NCBI GenBank assembly: GCA_913063225.1
Contig: CAJXYP010000002.1
Span: 21,756-85,755 of the forward strand
Length of the DNA stretch: 64,000 bases
Source of the DNA: an uncultured Cellvibrionales bacterium
GTDB taxonomy: Bacteria > Pseudomonadota > Gammaproteobacteria > Pseudomonadales > GM7GCV1
Direction of reading: 5' to 3'
How positions within the stretch are numbered: the stretch's first letter is position 1; every line of letters begins with the position of its first letter. Shown piece by piece: positions 50,494 to 60,340 of this stretch. Position numbers and translations under genes: made by a program. The notes under the pieces are model-generated. The model did no database searches. It was not told the DNA's origin and saw only the letters and a list, made by a program, of their open reading frames with translations.

Positions 50494-53211
50494 TTAAAAA
50501 TCGTACTTAACATCAAGGCTAAACGACTGACCGACCGTCTGTTCGTATACATCCACATCGCCCTGACTAATTTGAACGTCTTCGTCTAACAGGTTTCTCG
50601 CCTTCAAACTAAGAGTGAACTCATCGCTAACAAAGTAAGAATAGGACAGATCTAGCGCACTAAATGGCTGTTCAAAAGAATCGGGCAAATCACCCGTGCC
50701 CGCGGCAAACAAACGCTCACCGTAGTGGTTGTAACCTATAGTAGCTGCGTGCATGCCACTATTTGCATCAAAACCCAATTGAATGTTTAGCACCTTATCT
50801 GAAGCGCCTCTTAAGGGCCGAGTGCGGTTTGTTGCGGCTACTAGAAGATCATCTCCAACAGAAATTTCTGAACTTGCTAGCGTCATATTGCCAGATAGAA
50901 AGAACTGAGAGGCGAAATCTCCCATAAAGTCCAGGCTCTTGAGCCACTCTACCTCAACTCCTTTTGACTCACCTGTTGCTGCATTCTCAATGGTTGCTGT
51001 AATAGTATCCTCTGCTCCTGCTTGCTGGAAATATTCAATAGGATTCGTAATATCCTTATAAAATAAAGACAAACTCAGGTTGTCACCGTTACTAAAGAAC
51101 CACTCACCACGAACATCGTAATTGGTTAGGTCCGAAGGTACAGCATCAGGATTACCGCGAACGATAATGTCCGTTAACGGATCCATATAGCTGGCATTGG
51201 AAACCTCTCTTAAATCCGGCCGCACGACAGTCTCACTAGCCGCAAACCGCAAATTAAAGTCGTCAGCCCAAAAGTTTTGGCTACTGTAAGTAAGGGCGAT
51301 CGAAGGATAAATAGCATCCTCATAGTAAAGGCCTTCCGGTTGCTCACCCGCTGCGGGGTTAGAGAGGTCCACCAACAATTGGCTGCCGTTGACGCGATAG
51401 GGCTGCCAAGGACTTGTGAACTGTTTGTACTCCTCATAGCGCGCACCAGCGGCTATTCTCCAACGGTAGTTCCAAGTGACATCTACCTGACCAAAATAAG
51501 CATCCGTTGTGGCAGCCGCAATATAGCTACGAGATAACCCACTCTGATAGGTAACCACATAGTCGTAGTCTGGATTGGTCAAATTAGTAGCTGATAAGGC
51601 ATCGGATATTGACCCAGATAGAGTGCCAACTGCAGCAGAAGTCGGGGAACCTATCGATAAATCTAACTGCTCATAGCTACGAACTTTCCTATCAAACTTG
51701 GCACCGCCGCCAAATTTCATTTCCCAACTTCCCACATAAACGGGAAGTGACACTTCGAAGCCGGTGCTTTCCACGCTATCGTCTAGATCGGTGTATCGGA
51801 CATCAACCATACGTAGCCCCTGCGTCAGGCGACTGGAGCTAATTTCGTTAGTATCAACATCACGAGTAATGCTGGCAAATATATTGGTCTCCGAGGGAAT
51901 AGCTGTAGCGGCGGTCGCGTCGGAATAGAACCAAGTTAACTCCATATCATTCAGAAAGCTTTCACCCAAACCAATAAGTTGCTGGGTATCGTAGCCGAGG
52001 GCATGGCGTCCCGTGACTTGTTGGATCTGAAGCTCACGCTGTTCATATCGATAATCGTAATTTCTCGACCCCTGACCTGTCGAAAATGGTGAGGTGGTGT
52101 TAAAGATGTTGGTAATACCCACTTCATCGTCAGTATTGCGAAGAAACAAATTGGTAGATGTCAGTTCATGATCATCGCGCCAACGCAGTCCAAAGTTTGC
52201 CGTGCCCGTAATACTGACATTCTCTGTAGTACGAAATTCCTGCTGAAACTCTTCCTCAGGGTCCACGTAACTGCGTTGAATCCTTTCATCAGAACGTGAA
52301 GAATTATCGTAGTTGATACTGCTCAAAAACCCGAATTCCCAGTCTTCAGACAACAGGTATAGATTGCCCAATCTTCCGCCAATGCTCATATCCTGCAAGC
52401 TAGAATTCTGTTCGCCAATATCCAAGTCGCGATATACGCTCGTACCGAAAGCCGCATTAATCGATTCAGCTTCCGTCCGCGAAATAGCACTGCCAGCTCT
52501 CACAGCTGTGGCTTCGATAGCGGTTGCATCCAAACTTCCTTCAGTGGCATTGATAGAGCCGAAATAGGTTCGTAATGCAGCGTCAACTGACGCGCTATTA
52601 CCTCTAGTTCCGTCATCCTCTCCAAAATAATCATCAGAGCCACCTGCATATTCATAGCCAGTATCTGAATCAGTTTCTAGACCGCCACCAAGAGACACAG
52701 AAAATACAAAACTATCCGGTATGCCCTTAGTACGAATATCAATATTGCCACCGCCAAAGGAAGCCGGCATATCCGGAGTGTAGCCCTTCTGAATGGCCAC
52801 ACTTTGTAGAATCGAGCTCGGGAATATATCCAGCGGCAAGACATTACGAGTAAGGTCAGGCGAAGGTACCGTAGCTCCATTCAAAATTGAACTGGAATAG
52901 CGCTCTCCAAGACCTCGTATGTATACAAACTTATTGTCTACAAGGGTGACGCCAGGCACTCGCTTGAGTGCCGCAGCTACTGTCGAATCTCCAATTCGTT
53001 CAATTTGATCCGAACCAATAATATCCATAACCGTTTCAGAAGTCATGCGCTCCATCACGATACTCTGGGCTGCGCTTTCTAGACGACCAAGAACAAGAAC
53101 TTCTTCGATAGCTGTCTGTGGCGGTCCCACCTGAGCCAGTAATACTGGACTAGTGATAAGGCCCGTCAATACACATAGGGAGGTGGTAAAGACTGGTAGT
53201 TTTCTATTCAT
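50494..53211 (-). CDS. TonB-dependent outer-membrane receptor (905 aa)
   Basis: Signal peptide, TonB-box-like IEEVLVLG, plug domain (VPGVTLVDNKFVYIRGLGERYSSSILNG), a long beta-barrel, and a terminal aromatic residue (...DVKYDF). Confidence 0.92.
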   Translation of the reverse strand: MNRKLPVFTTSLCVLTGLITSPVLLAQVGPPQTAIEEVLVLGRLESAAQSIVMERMTSETVMDIIGSDQIERIGDSTVAAALKRVPGVTLVDNKFVYIRGLGERYSSSILNGATVPSPDLTRNVLPLDIFPSSILQSVAIQKGYTPDMPASFGGGNIDIRTKGIPDSFVFSVSLGGGLETDSDTGYEYAGGSDDYFGEDDGTRGNSASVDAALRTYFGSINATEGSLDATAIEATAVRAGSAISRTEAESINAAFGTSVYRDLDIGEQNSSLQDMSIGGRLGNLYLLSEDWEFGFLSSINYDNSSRSDERIQRSYVDPEEEFQQEFRTTENVSITGTANFGLRWRDDHELTSTNLFLRNTDDEVGITNIFNTTSPFSTGQGSRNYDYRYEQRELQIQQVTGRHALGYDTQQLIGLGESFLNDMELTWFYSDATAATAIPSETNIFASITRDVDTNEISSSRLTQGLRMVDVRYTDLDDSVESTGFEVSLPVYVGSWEMKFGGGAKFDRKVRSYEQLDLSIGSPTSAAVGTLSGSISDALSATNLTNPDYDYVVTYQSGLSRSYIAAATTDAYFGQVDVTWNYRWRIAAGARYEEYKQFTSPWQPYRVNGSQLLVDLSNPAAGEQPEGLYYEDAIYPSIALTYSSQNFWADDFNLRFAASETVVRPDLREVSNASYMDPLTDIIVRGNPDAVPSDLTNYDVRGEWFFSNGDNLSLSLFYKDITNPIEYFQQAGAEDTITATIENAATGESKGVEVEWLKSLDFMGDFASQFFLSGNMTLASSEISVGDDLLVAATNRTRPLRGASDKVLNIQLGFDANSGMHAATIGYNHYGERLFAAGTGDLPDSFEQPFSALDLSYSYFVSDEFTLSLKARNLLDEDVQISQGDVDVYEQTVGQSFSLDVKYDF

Positions 53212-53249
53212 AAATATTCACTCCAAATTTGGTCCGTGAGGCAAACTGA

Positions 53250-53274
53250 GAAAAAAGGGTGCCGCAGGGCACCC
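53250..53274 (-). terminator. Intercistronic rho-independent terminator/attenuator between the lipoprotein gene and the TonB-dependent receptor gene
   Basis: GGGTGCC-nnnn-GGCACCC stem (53257-53263 pairing with 53268-53274), followed on the minus strand by TTTTTT (53256-53251). It lies only about 40 nt upstream of the receptor ATG. Confidence 0.55.
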
Positions 53275-53310
53275 AGTTTCCAGCGCAGAAGCAAAACCGT
53301 AGTTGGGAAA

Positions 53311-55065
53311 TTATTGGAACCAAAGCGCTTGACCGCGAGACCCTTCGTGTAACCCGTAGGTCCAACCCAGTGTCCAATCATTGGCAGCGCTGACTGCACC
53401 AATCTCTGCGGTCCCGGCTGTGGTGAAAATTACTGCATTTCCATCAACCAACATATCGGCTACAGGGACAGAGTAAAATCCATCCAAAATAGTCATCCGA
53501 CCAGGGATACTGCCATCACCATTGGGAGGTGAAGTGCCGTCGGATGATGCAGAAAAAACTATATTGTCTTGGGCTTCCAAAAAGGCCTGACCCGTTATAG
53601 CGCCGTAGGTGGTGCCAGCTGTAAGAGTAATATCTGCGTCTCTTCCCTTGTTAGATGAGATGTCCGCACAAGCGAAAATGCTTGTATTTATATTGATCAA
53701 TCCGTTTCCCGCATTGGCTAGGTCTTCACTATCTTCTAGCTGAAAGCAGTAGTTGGTAAAAGCCAGATTTGAGGCATCAATAGCCACACCTGATGCGTCA
53801 AGCGCTGCGTCCGAAGTGTAGGCTGTAGTTATGATCGATGAACTCAAAGTGAGGTTGTGCGCCTCTTCAGCGTTGATGCCGGCGCCAGGATCTGAATTTC
53901 CTGCAACGGCCGGAGCCTTAGCACTGATGATACAAGTCAGGTTTTCAATGGTTGCCTTGGATACGTAGTCATTGGCGATATTGGTTGCCTTGAGCGAACT
54001 AGCGGAACCATCAGACTCTACGCAATGAGCCCCGGTCTTAACTGCTTCATCCATTGCCCCGCCTTGGATAACCAATGCGTTGCGAATAGTTCCAAAGTAA
54101 CCCTGATCGATATCGATTGAATCATCGCGAACGTAGAGTGCAACGTAATTAGTTAGATCAGCGGAACCACCAAAGAACTCAATACCGTCATCTTGGTTAC
54201 TGTAGATCTCGATGTTATTTAGACTTGTGCCCGAACCAACAGCCCCAAAGGTAATGCCGTTTAGTTCGTTACCTTCCACAACTTCAAAACCGGCATGTTT
54301 TACGACAACGTAGCTCAGGGTTCCAGAATTATCATCATGAACTGCACCTCCGTAATGATTTTCACGACCGCCTTCCGCACCCTCCATTAACACTGAGCAC
54401 TCTTGGCCCGCTGCCACGGCAAGCGTAGTGCCAGATAGATCATCTCTATCCCAGCCTGCGTCATAGCTGCAAGCGTTGGTAAACCCGAAACCGTTAATTA
54501 TCAAACCGCCCCAGGTTTGAACTTGCTCAGGAGTCACCAGACCACGCAAATCAGATTCAGAAGTAAAGGTGATAGGGGCAGTTGAAGTGCCTTGTGCTTC
54601 AACACGCGAGCCACGCATAACCGCAACAAAGTCTTCTGGAGCTTGAAGCGCAATCGTTACGCCAGCCCGAATCGTCAAGGTTGGGCCATCACCGCCTTCG
54701 GCGATACCTGCGGTCGTAGCATCTGCTAACGCATCATAATTTTGACCAACAAATAGACTTCCGGCGAAAATATGCGCTCCATCACCGATATCCGAAAAGG
54801 TAATACTTGTAAGAATTGGATTGTCAAAGTCTGCAAAAGACTCGCTGTAAATACAGTTATCACCGTCGACAACTCCCGCTTGTCCATCACCATTTTCATC
54901 CACATAGCTTGCACATGTGATAGTCGCCGTTAGCTCACCACCACTAACCGAACTATTGTCTACAATGGAACTGTTGTCATCTGCGTTGATATTGATGTCC
55001 CCACCGCCACAGCCTACTAGGACGATTGCAAGAGCGCTCGGAAGAGCAATCTTCAAAAAATTCAT
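53311..55065 (-). CDS. Lipoprotein of unknown function (584 aa), partner of the downstream TonB-dependent receptor
   Basis: ATG at 55065 with a GGAGAAAAAG RBS and lipobox LVGC. Internal motifs PITFTS...WGGLIING and NELNGITFGAVGSGTSLNNIEIYSNQDDGIEFFGGSADL...DDSIDIDQGY recall, from memory, a conserved family of uncharacterised proteins seen next to TonB receptors in marine Gammaproteobacteria and Bacteroidota. Confidence 0.8.
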   Translation of the reverse strand: MNFLKIALPSALAIVLVGCGGGDININADDNSSIVDNSSVSGGELTATITCASYVDENGDGQAGVVDGDNCIYSESFADFDNPILTSITFSDIGDGAHIFAGSLFVGQNYDALADATTAGIAEGGDGPTLTIRAGVTIALQAPEDFVAVMRGSRVEAQGTSTAPITFTSESDLRGLVTPEQVQTWGGLIINGFGFTNACSYDAGWDRDDLSGTTLAVAAGQECSVLMEGAEGGRENHYGGAVHDDNSGTLSYVVVKHAGFEVVEGNELNGITFGAVGSGTSLNNIEIYSNQDDGIEFFGGSADLTNYVALYVRDDSIDIDQGYFGTIRNALVIQGGAMDEAVKTGAHCVESDGSASSLKATNIANDYVSKATIENLTCIISAKAPAVAGNSDPGAGINAEEAHNLTLSSSIITTAYTSDAALDASGVAIDASNLAFTNYCFQLEDSEDLANAGNGLININTSIFACADISSNKGRDADITLTAGTTYGAITGQAFLEAQDNIVFSASSDGTSPPNGDGSIPGRMTILDGFYSVPVADMLVDGNAVIFTTAGTAEIGAVSAANDWTLGWTYGLHEGSRGQALWFQ

Positions 55066-55147
55066 CTTTTTCTCCGGATATTGATTAAAAAAATGGGCCT
55101 TAGCCCGGATGCTTGGGCAGCACAATATCAACGGAAGGTGACAAAAT

Positions 55148-55177
55148 TATTTAGAAAAAATGACAGAAATATGTCAA
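55148..55177 (-). promoter_or_regulatory. Candidate sigma70 promoter for the lipoprotein / TonB-receptor unit
   Basis: Minus strand TTGACA (55177-55172), an 18-nt spacer, then TAAATA (55153-55148). The -35 element lies within the small inverted repeat TGACA-N6-TGTCA (55161-55176). Confidence 0.35.
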
Positions 55178-55205
55178 AGAATATTAGGGTAGGAACGGGT
55201 TAAAA

Positions 55206-55748
55206 CTAGCGCAGACGTTGTATTACTTGATCATATCCGTCAGACAGAGTGACAGTATTGGCAGCAATATCTACCAGATATATTTCCCCTTGAAGGGCAT
55301 CTCCAATTTTGTAGGCCCCTCCATTAATAAATACCCGACTGGCTGCCCTATTACTTTCAATATACAGATTGCCTTCAAACTGGAATGCAGTAATTCGAGC
55401 CGCTAGGTCTTGTTCAGGTATTTGCGGTTCGGACTCCGGTGCATCAGCCTCCACCAATGTGGGTCTATTCCGCTGAGGGTCTTCTTCGATCATCATTGGT
55501 TGCGGTTCTGCCGGTCGAGCGGCGGTCGCTTCAACTTCCACAGACGATGCGGGCCCATATTGAAATATCACCATCGCAATACAAATTAGGACGGATAAAG
55601 CCCCGAATATCCAGATTTTGGAAGATGATCCTCTTTCGATGTCCGGTGGCCTATTCCAATCCTCCTGATTCATATTGTCCAGCCCAACATCTGTCTGATT
55701 TCTGCGGTCTTTTTCAGCCTTCCTGAGGGCATCGAGAACGTAAGACAC
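55206..55748 (-). CDS. gspB: Type II secretion system assembly factor GspB (ExeB-like)
   Basis: The MSYVLDALRKAEKDRR N-terminus is characteristic of GspB. It has a single TM and a C-terminal domain, and its GTG start overlaps the gspA stop. Confidence 0.75.
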   Translation of the reverse strand: MSYVLDALRKAEKDRRNQTDVGLDNMNQEDWNRPPDIERGSSSKIWIFGALSVLICIAMVIFQYGPASSVEVEATAARPAEPQPMMIEEDPQRNRPTLVEADAPESEPQIPEQDLAARITAFQFEGNLYIESNRAASRVFINGGAYKIGDALQGEIYLVDIAANTVTLSDGYDQVIQRLR

Positions 55749-57538
55749 TAGTTTTCACCATATCCGAGTGTGGGTACATCCTGCTCAGCCTCATTAAATT
55801 TCATAAGGGTTAATCTACCCAATATTCCATCGTCCGAGAGAGAATATCGACGCTGGAATTCAGCAACCACATCTGAGATCGGCTGACTATAGCGGCCACC
55901 GGTAATAAGGCCCCCTATTTCGGAATCAATTTCCACTAGTCGAGGCTGCAACCAATTCATTAGCGCTCGGTTACTATCACCAACTCTGATTGAGTCGATA
56001 TAGCCTAGAGGCGGTTTCCACAAATATAAGGACGGGCCTGCCAAAAATGCCTGTAACTCTGAAGCAAATAAACTGTATCGCATTCCCATTCTTTCTAACT
56101 GGTACATATCGCCCACAATGCCCGTGAGCACATAGTATTGCTCATCGAGCACCTCTGGATTTAACCCCGGATTTAAGCGCACTAGCTGTGGTCTATTAAC
56201 TGATCGGAAATACCATGCGGAGGCGTTGTCTATCGCTGCACAACGAAGTCCCTCAGCCACTGCAACCATGCACAGTGATTCAGAAGAATCTGCCTTTCGC
56301 TGAACTCCCCACAGTTCCAATATCTGCCCAAAAGGGTCATCCCGACCCGTGCTATCCGAAGTTTGGCTCTCATCCAGTACCAAGGCACCGATAGTCGATT
56401 GCTGACTGGACGCAGATTCATCCAAGGGTATTAAAATATCGTCAGAGGAAATAGGTTCAGGGGCAGTTGGCAAGTCTGGCGCTAACTGAACTAGTGTGAC
56501 TGGACTTACTGGGACTAATATCTCCTCTAGAATTACTTCCTCAAAAACTATCTGCTCCGGTATCGTCCGCCCCGGAGCTGACTGCTCAAGTGTCATCGGT
56601 GCTGGAGTAACCTCCTCAGCGGGCCGGTACTGGATAATAGTTATGCCCAGTAAAGTACAAACTAGTAAAATAAAAAGTCCGAGCGTAATTCGAGCCAGTC
56701 TTTGGCTCGGCGTGGTTTTTGGAACACGCAGGCCGAATACTTCTTTGTTAGCCGCCACAACCTGGGCGCGGGTTACAAAACCATTGTTTAGAGAATAGGT
56801 ACCAAGCAGAGCTCTCTCCGCCAAAAGGTTTAACTTTCGAGGGACGCCTTCACTGAGTTTGTAGAGTGCTCTGATAGCCGAGGAACTAAATATCTTGCGG
56901 CTACAGCCGGCCTTTTGTATACGATGTAAAAGATATTTTTCTGTTTCCGGACGATCCAGTGGATCCAGATGGAATCGTGAAATAACCCTCTGATTTAACT
57001 GACGAAGCTGAGGACGGCCGATCAGCTCAAGCAACTCCGGCTGACCCACCAATAAAATATGCAAAAGTTTGCAAGTATTGGTCTCAAGGTTAGTCAATAG
57101 GCGCAACATTTCCAAAACTTCTTCATCCAAGTTTTGTGCTTCTTCGATTACCACCAAGGTTTTAAACCCTTGGGAATGCGCATCTAGGAGGTTTGCATTA
57201 ATAGCGTCAATATAGGTCTTTGGACTTTTTGTGATATGCGCTTCCAAGCTGATATTCAGCTCATCACAAATACTTGCGAGCACATCCAATATATCGAGCT
57301 TTGCGTTGAGCACGTATGCAACACGAAAAACGGCAGGAATTTGCTCAAGCAAGAGTCGGGTTAGCGTTGTTTTTCCGGTTCCAACTTCCCCAGTTAGGAG
57401 AATAAAACCGCCCTCTCGGTCGAGGCCATACTTTAAGTGCGCGAGAGCCTGACGATGAGGTGAACTGGGATACAAAAATGCAGGATCCGGAGCAATGGTA
57501 AAAGGCTCCTGTTTAAATCCAAAGTAGTCGCAATACAT
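55748..57538 (-). CDS. gspA: Type II secretion system ATPase GspA (ExeA-like) with a C-terminal peptidoglycan-binding domain
   Basis: AAA Walker A LTGEVGTGKTT and Walker B VVIEEAQN, a central TM segment, and a C-terminal PG-binding-like motif FQRRYSLSDDGILGRLT. Confidence 0.85.
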   Translation of the reverse strand: MYCDYFGFKQEPFTIAPDPAFLYPSSPHRQALAHLKYGLDREGGFILLTGEVGTGKTTLTRLLLEQIPAVFRVAYVLNAKLDILDVLASICDELNISLEAHITKSPKTYIDAINANLLDAHSQGFKTLVVIEEAQNLDEEVLEMLRLLTNLETNTCKLLHILLVGQPELLELIGRPQLRQLNQRVISRFHLDPLDRPETEKYLLHRIQKAGCSRKIFSSSAIRALYKLSEGVPRKLNLLAERALLGTYSLNNGFVTRAQVVAANKEVFGLRVPKTTPSQRLARITLGLFILLVCTLLGITIIQYRPAEEVTPAPMTLEQSAPGRTIPEQIVFEEVILEEILVPVSPVTLVQLAPDLPTAPEPISSDDILIPLDESASSQQSTIGALVLDESQTSDSTGRDDPFGQILELWGVQRKADSSESLCMVAVAEGLRCAAIDNASAWYFRSVNRPQLVRLNPGLNPEVLDEQYYVLTGIVGDMYQLERMGMRYSLFASELQAFLAGPSLYLWKPPLGYIDSIRVGDSNRALMNWLQPRLVEIDSEIGGLITGGRYSQPISDVVAEFQRRYSLSDDGILGRLTLMKFNEAEQDVPTLGYGEN

Positions 57539-57579
57539 AGTCGTTAGCTTAGTTGCGCGAGAATGAATTTAGCATTCGA

Positions 57580-59514
57580 TCAATCTGTAGATTCATTCGC
57601 CTCAGCCTCCCTACCAAAGAAATCTCTCAGTACCGGTGAAGCTGCCTCACCCGTTTCAAGGAAATACTGGCTGTCATGTGTGCGCAAATAATCAAACTGC
57701 TTGGAGGTCGCCTGGTTCGCATCAAAGCTGTTTTCCAAAATCGTTGGGCGAATAAACATCATTAAGACGCTCTGATCTCCAGTACTAGAAGTAGAACGGA
57801 ATAGCCTGCCGAAAAAGGGAATGTCTCCTAGAAAAGGTACGCGGGTTTCGGTATCCGTCGAAGACTCGTTAATTAATCCCCCAAGAATGAGAACTTCGCC
57901 ATCACCAACCATCACATTGGTACTTATGGTTCGTTTGCTGGTAATTACATCTTCGGTACCAAATTCCGCCTGAGCCTGAGCCAGCAAGTTTGAAGACTCC
58001 TGCTCAATTTCAAGCCGTACCGCTGAGCCCTCATTGATTTGAGGCACCACGCGTAACATCACACCAACTTCTTGCCGCTCGATAGTCGTAAAGGGATTAG
58101 CTGTGCCGTTGCCGGTAGTGGTAGTACTTCCGGTAATAAATGGCACTTCGTTACCAACCGAAAGGGTTGCTTCTTCGTTGTCGAGTGTTACGACAGATGG
58201 TGTTGAAAGAATTCTAGTTTCGCTATCGCTTTTAAGCGCCTGTATTAGAGCGCCAAACCCTTCACCATTTTCCCTGTCAAAATCTCCGATTACTCCGATG
58301 CCACCATTGGGAATAAGGCTTGCTGCGGCCGCTGCCTCAGTCCCATCAATTGCGCCATCTAACCCCGAGCTAACCAAGGACAAAATCAAGTCATCAAATC
58401 GTGAGATATACCCACCAGCCCCGGAGCTCGCATAAAGTAGCTGAGCACTCAGTTGTCGGGCTTGATCTTCAGTTACCTCAGCAATGACCGCCTCAATGAG
58501 TACCTGAAGTCTGGGTCGGTCAATTTTTCGAATCAGATTTTGGATTTCTGCAACAACAGGTGCTGAAGCCGCTATAACCAAAGCATTATTATCTTCATCT
58601 ACTTCAACACGATAAGTGCTAGTGGTTCCTTCTGCGCCGACTTCACCGGCCAATTGCAAGAAAGTATCCGACTGCAACATGCTATCGAGCATAGTTTTTA
58701 CCGATAGTGCGTCGGAGTAGTTCAGATAAATAACCTCTATCCCACCGCCATTTCGCGTGACAGGAACATCTAGGGCTTCGAGCATCTGCCGAAAAGACAG
58801 CCGTGCAATACGTGATCCTCCTACAATTACCCGATTATTAAAGGAGTCTTCAACAATACTCAGGTTTAATTGTTCCAGGCTCTGCATTTGTCCCGCAATA
58901 TGAATGGCCTCCCCTGCGGAAATATGTTCAAGATATATAACTTCGACGGCGGACTGATCCGGAGTATCCAAATCGTCGAGCAGCGCATCGAGACGATTCA
59001 ACTGAGAAATCGTATCTGTGACCAGAAGGTTGTTCCCCGCTTCAAAAGCCTGCATCAGGCCGCCTTTGCTCATAATGGGTTTTACCACTGCCAGAAGCTC
59101 AGATGCTTTGGCGTAGTCGAGAGCAAAAACCCGTGTTGCCAACTCACTGCCGACAAAGTCTGTAGGTGTGTTAAATGCTGTAGTAAAGGGCACAACCCGC
59201 ACTATGGCCCCATCATCTATGGCCTGAAACCCCTGAACTTGAAGCGCTGAAAGTATCGCTTCGTAAAGCAATTCCTCCGCAATAGGCTCTGGTGAAACAA
59301 TGGTGATGGTGCCGCGAACGCGAGGATCAAGTACAAATGATTTCCCAGTAATCTCGGCGACGCTTTCAATAACCGTGCGGATATCCGCATCACGGAAATT
59401 AATCAATACTGATTGAGCTTGAATCTCTAGTGTTAGCACCAGAGAAATCAATACAGTTCCCAGCTTTGGAATCATCCTACGACCTTTATGTCTGAAAACT
59501 GAGGTCTTATTCAT
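57580..59514 (-). CDS. gspD: Type II secretion system secretin GspD
   Basis: N0-N3 domains (INFRDADIRTVIESVAEITGKSFVLDPRVRGTITI) and the secretin core (VPFLGDIPFFGRLFRSTS). An alternative start is at 59475. Confidence 0.93.
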   Translation of the reverse strand: MNKTSVFRHKGRRMIPKLGTVLISLVLTLEIQAQSVLINFRDADIRTVIESVAEITGKSFVLDPRVRGTITIVSPEPIAEELLYEAILSALQVQGFQAIDDGAIVRVVPFTTAFNTPTDFVGSELATRVFALDYAKASELLAVVKPIMSKGGLMQAFEAGNNLLVTDTISQLNRLDALLDDLDTPDQSAVEVIYLEHISAGEAIHIAGQMQSLEQLNLSIVEDSFNNRVIVGGSRIARLSFRQMLEALDVPVTRNGGGIEVIYLNYSDALSVKTMLDSMLQSDTFLQLAGEVGAEGTTSTYRVEVDEDNNALVIAASAPVVAEIQNLIRKIDRPRLQVLIEAVIAEVTEDQARQLSAQLLYASSGAGGYISRFDDLILSLVSSGLDGAIDGTEAAAAASLIPNGGIGVIGDFDRENGEGFGALIQALKSDSETRILSTPSVVTLDNEEATLSVGNEVPFITGSTTTTGNGTANPFTTIERQEVGVMLRVVPQINEGSAVRLEIEQESSNLLAQAQAEFGTEDVITSKRTISTNVMVGDGEVLILGGLINESSTDTETRVPFLGDIPFFGRLFRSTSSTGDQSVLMMFIRPTILENSFDANQATSKQFDYLRTHDSQYFLETGEAASPVLRDFFGREAEANESTD

Positions 59515-59524
59515 TATTTATCAC

Positions 59525-60340
59525 CTATTGCACCAAACCCTGCCCTATTTTGGGCAGAATGCGCTCGCCAAGTGAGCGAGCGTTAACAGAAATTTCGAGG
59601 GTTTCACCCTCCCTTTGCACAGACAGTGGGACCGTTGTCTGCTGTAAAAAATCTTGCCATAACAGTGGGTTGGACATGAGTTCAGAGATCGGCTTACCGC
59701 CCACCTCAAGAACTACGTCGCGCGCCTGTAAATCTGACATTGAGCTGATTTCTTCGTCCACCGAATCGAGCCGAATACCTAGTCCAAAACCAGCAACGTT
59801 TATAGGAGTTGCACCCAATACCCCTGCCAAACTGAAGCCAGAGCCATCACTAGGCACGGACTGGATTAGACTACCATCGTTCTCGGAGCCGTCTTCAGCC
59901 AAGGGATTTAACCGTATCTGTCGATCAAGACCTCGTTCTCGAACCACAACACGATCAGCCTCTATTCTCACTAGTTCTGTATTGCTATCAAGCTCATCGC
60001 CTATCTTATATAAGCCATCAGGCACTTGAGGTGTTTGAATTGCAGCGAAGGCATAATCCTCGTGGATGATCACTCCCAGTAATTCAGCACGAATACTTGC
60101 ATCCTCGAGCGCTTCCGAGGCATCAGAAACATCAATGATCTGCGTTGCTGAGTCAGATTGGAACCATGTCAGGCTCAGCGTATTAGACAAAGGTCGAAGC
60201 GGCTCAGACCTTAAGCCAGTCTGCATTTGTGAAAGAAATGCTCTATCCATTATTGACCAGAGCGCCAGCACACAAATTAGGACCAATACTATGTTTACAC
60301 TTAGTCGAATCTTAGTTTGATCTAAAGGTGGCATCAACAT
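59525..60340 (-). CDS. gspC: Type II secretion system protein GspC (HR plus PDZ domains)
   Basis: N-terminal TM, an HR-like segment (YKIGDELDSNTELVRIEADRVVVRERG) and a C-terminal PDZ-like segment (DVVLEVGGKPISEL). It lies directly upstream of gspD. Confidence 0.8.
   Translation of the reverse strand: MLMPPLDQTKIRLSVNIVLVLICVLALWSIMDRAFLSQMQTGLRSEPLRPLSNTLSLTWFQSDSATQIIDVSDASEALEDASIRAELLGVIIHEDYAFAAIQTPQVPDGLYKIGDELDSNTELVRIEADRVVVRERGLDRQIRLNPLAEDGSENDGSLIQSVPSDGSGFSLAGVLGATPINVAGFGLGIRLDSVDEEISSMSDLQARDVVLEVGGKPISELMSNPLLWQDFLQQTTVPLSVQREGETLEISVNARSLGERILPKIGQGLVQ

Noticed and set aside
55095-55125. Possible terminator (GGGC-taag-GCCC plus a T-run on the minus strand) after gspB
   Set aside because: The stem is only 4 bp, and it lies downstream of the better promoter candidate for the lipoprotein gene. 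It is too weak to call.
59550-60029. 159-aa Ser/Arg-rich plus-strand ORF. Similar long antisense ORFs occur inside ftsZ (6921-7346), ptsN (48832-49236), rapZ (49438-49875), gspD (58870-59250) and elsewhere.
   Set aside because: These are low-complexity antisense translations of strongly supported genes, with no RBS or family resemblance. They are typical shadow ORFs.
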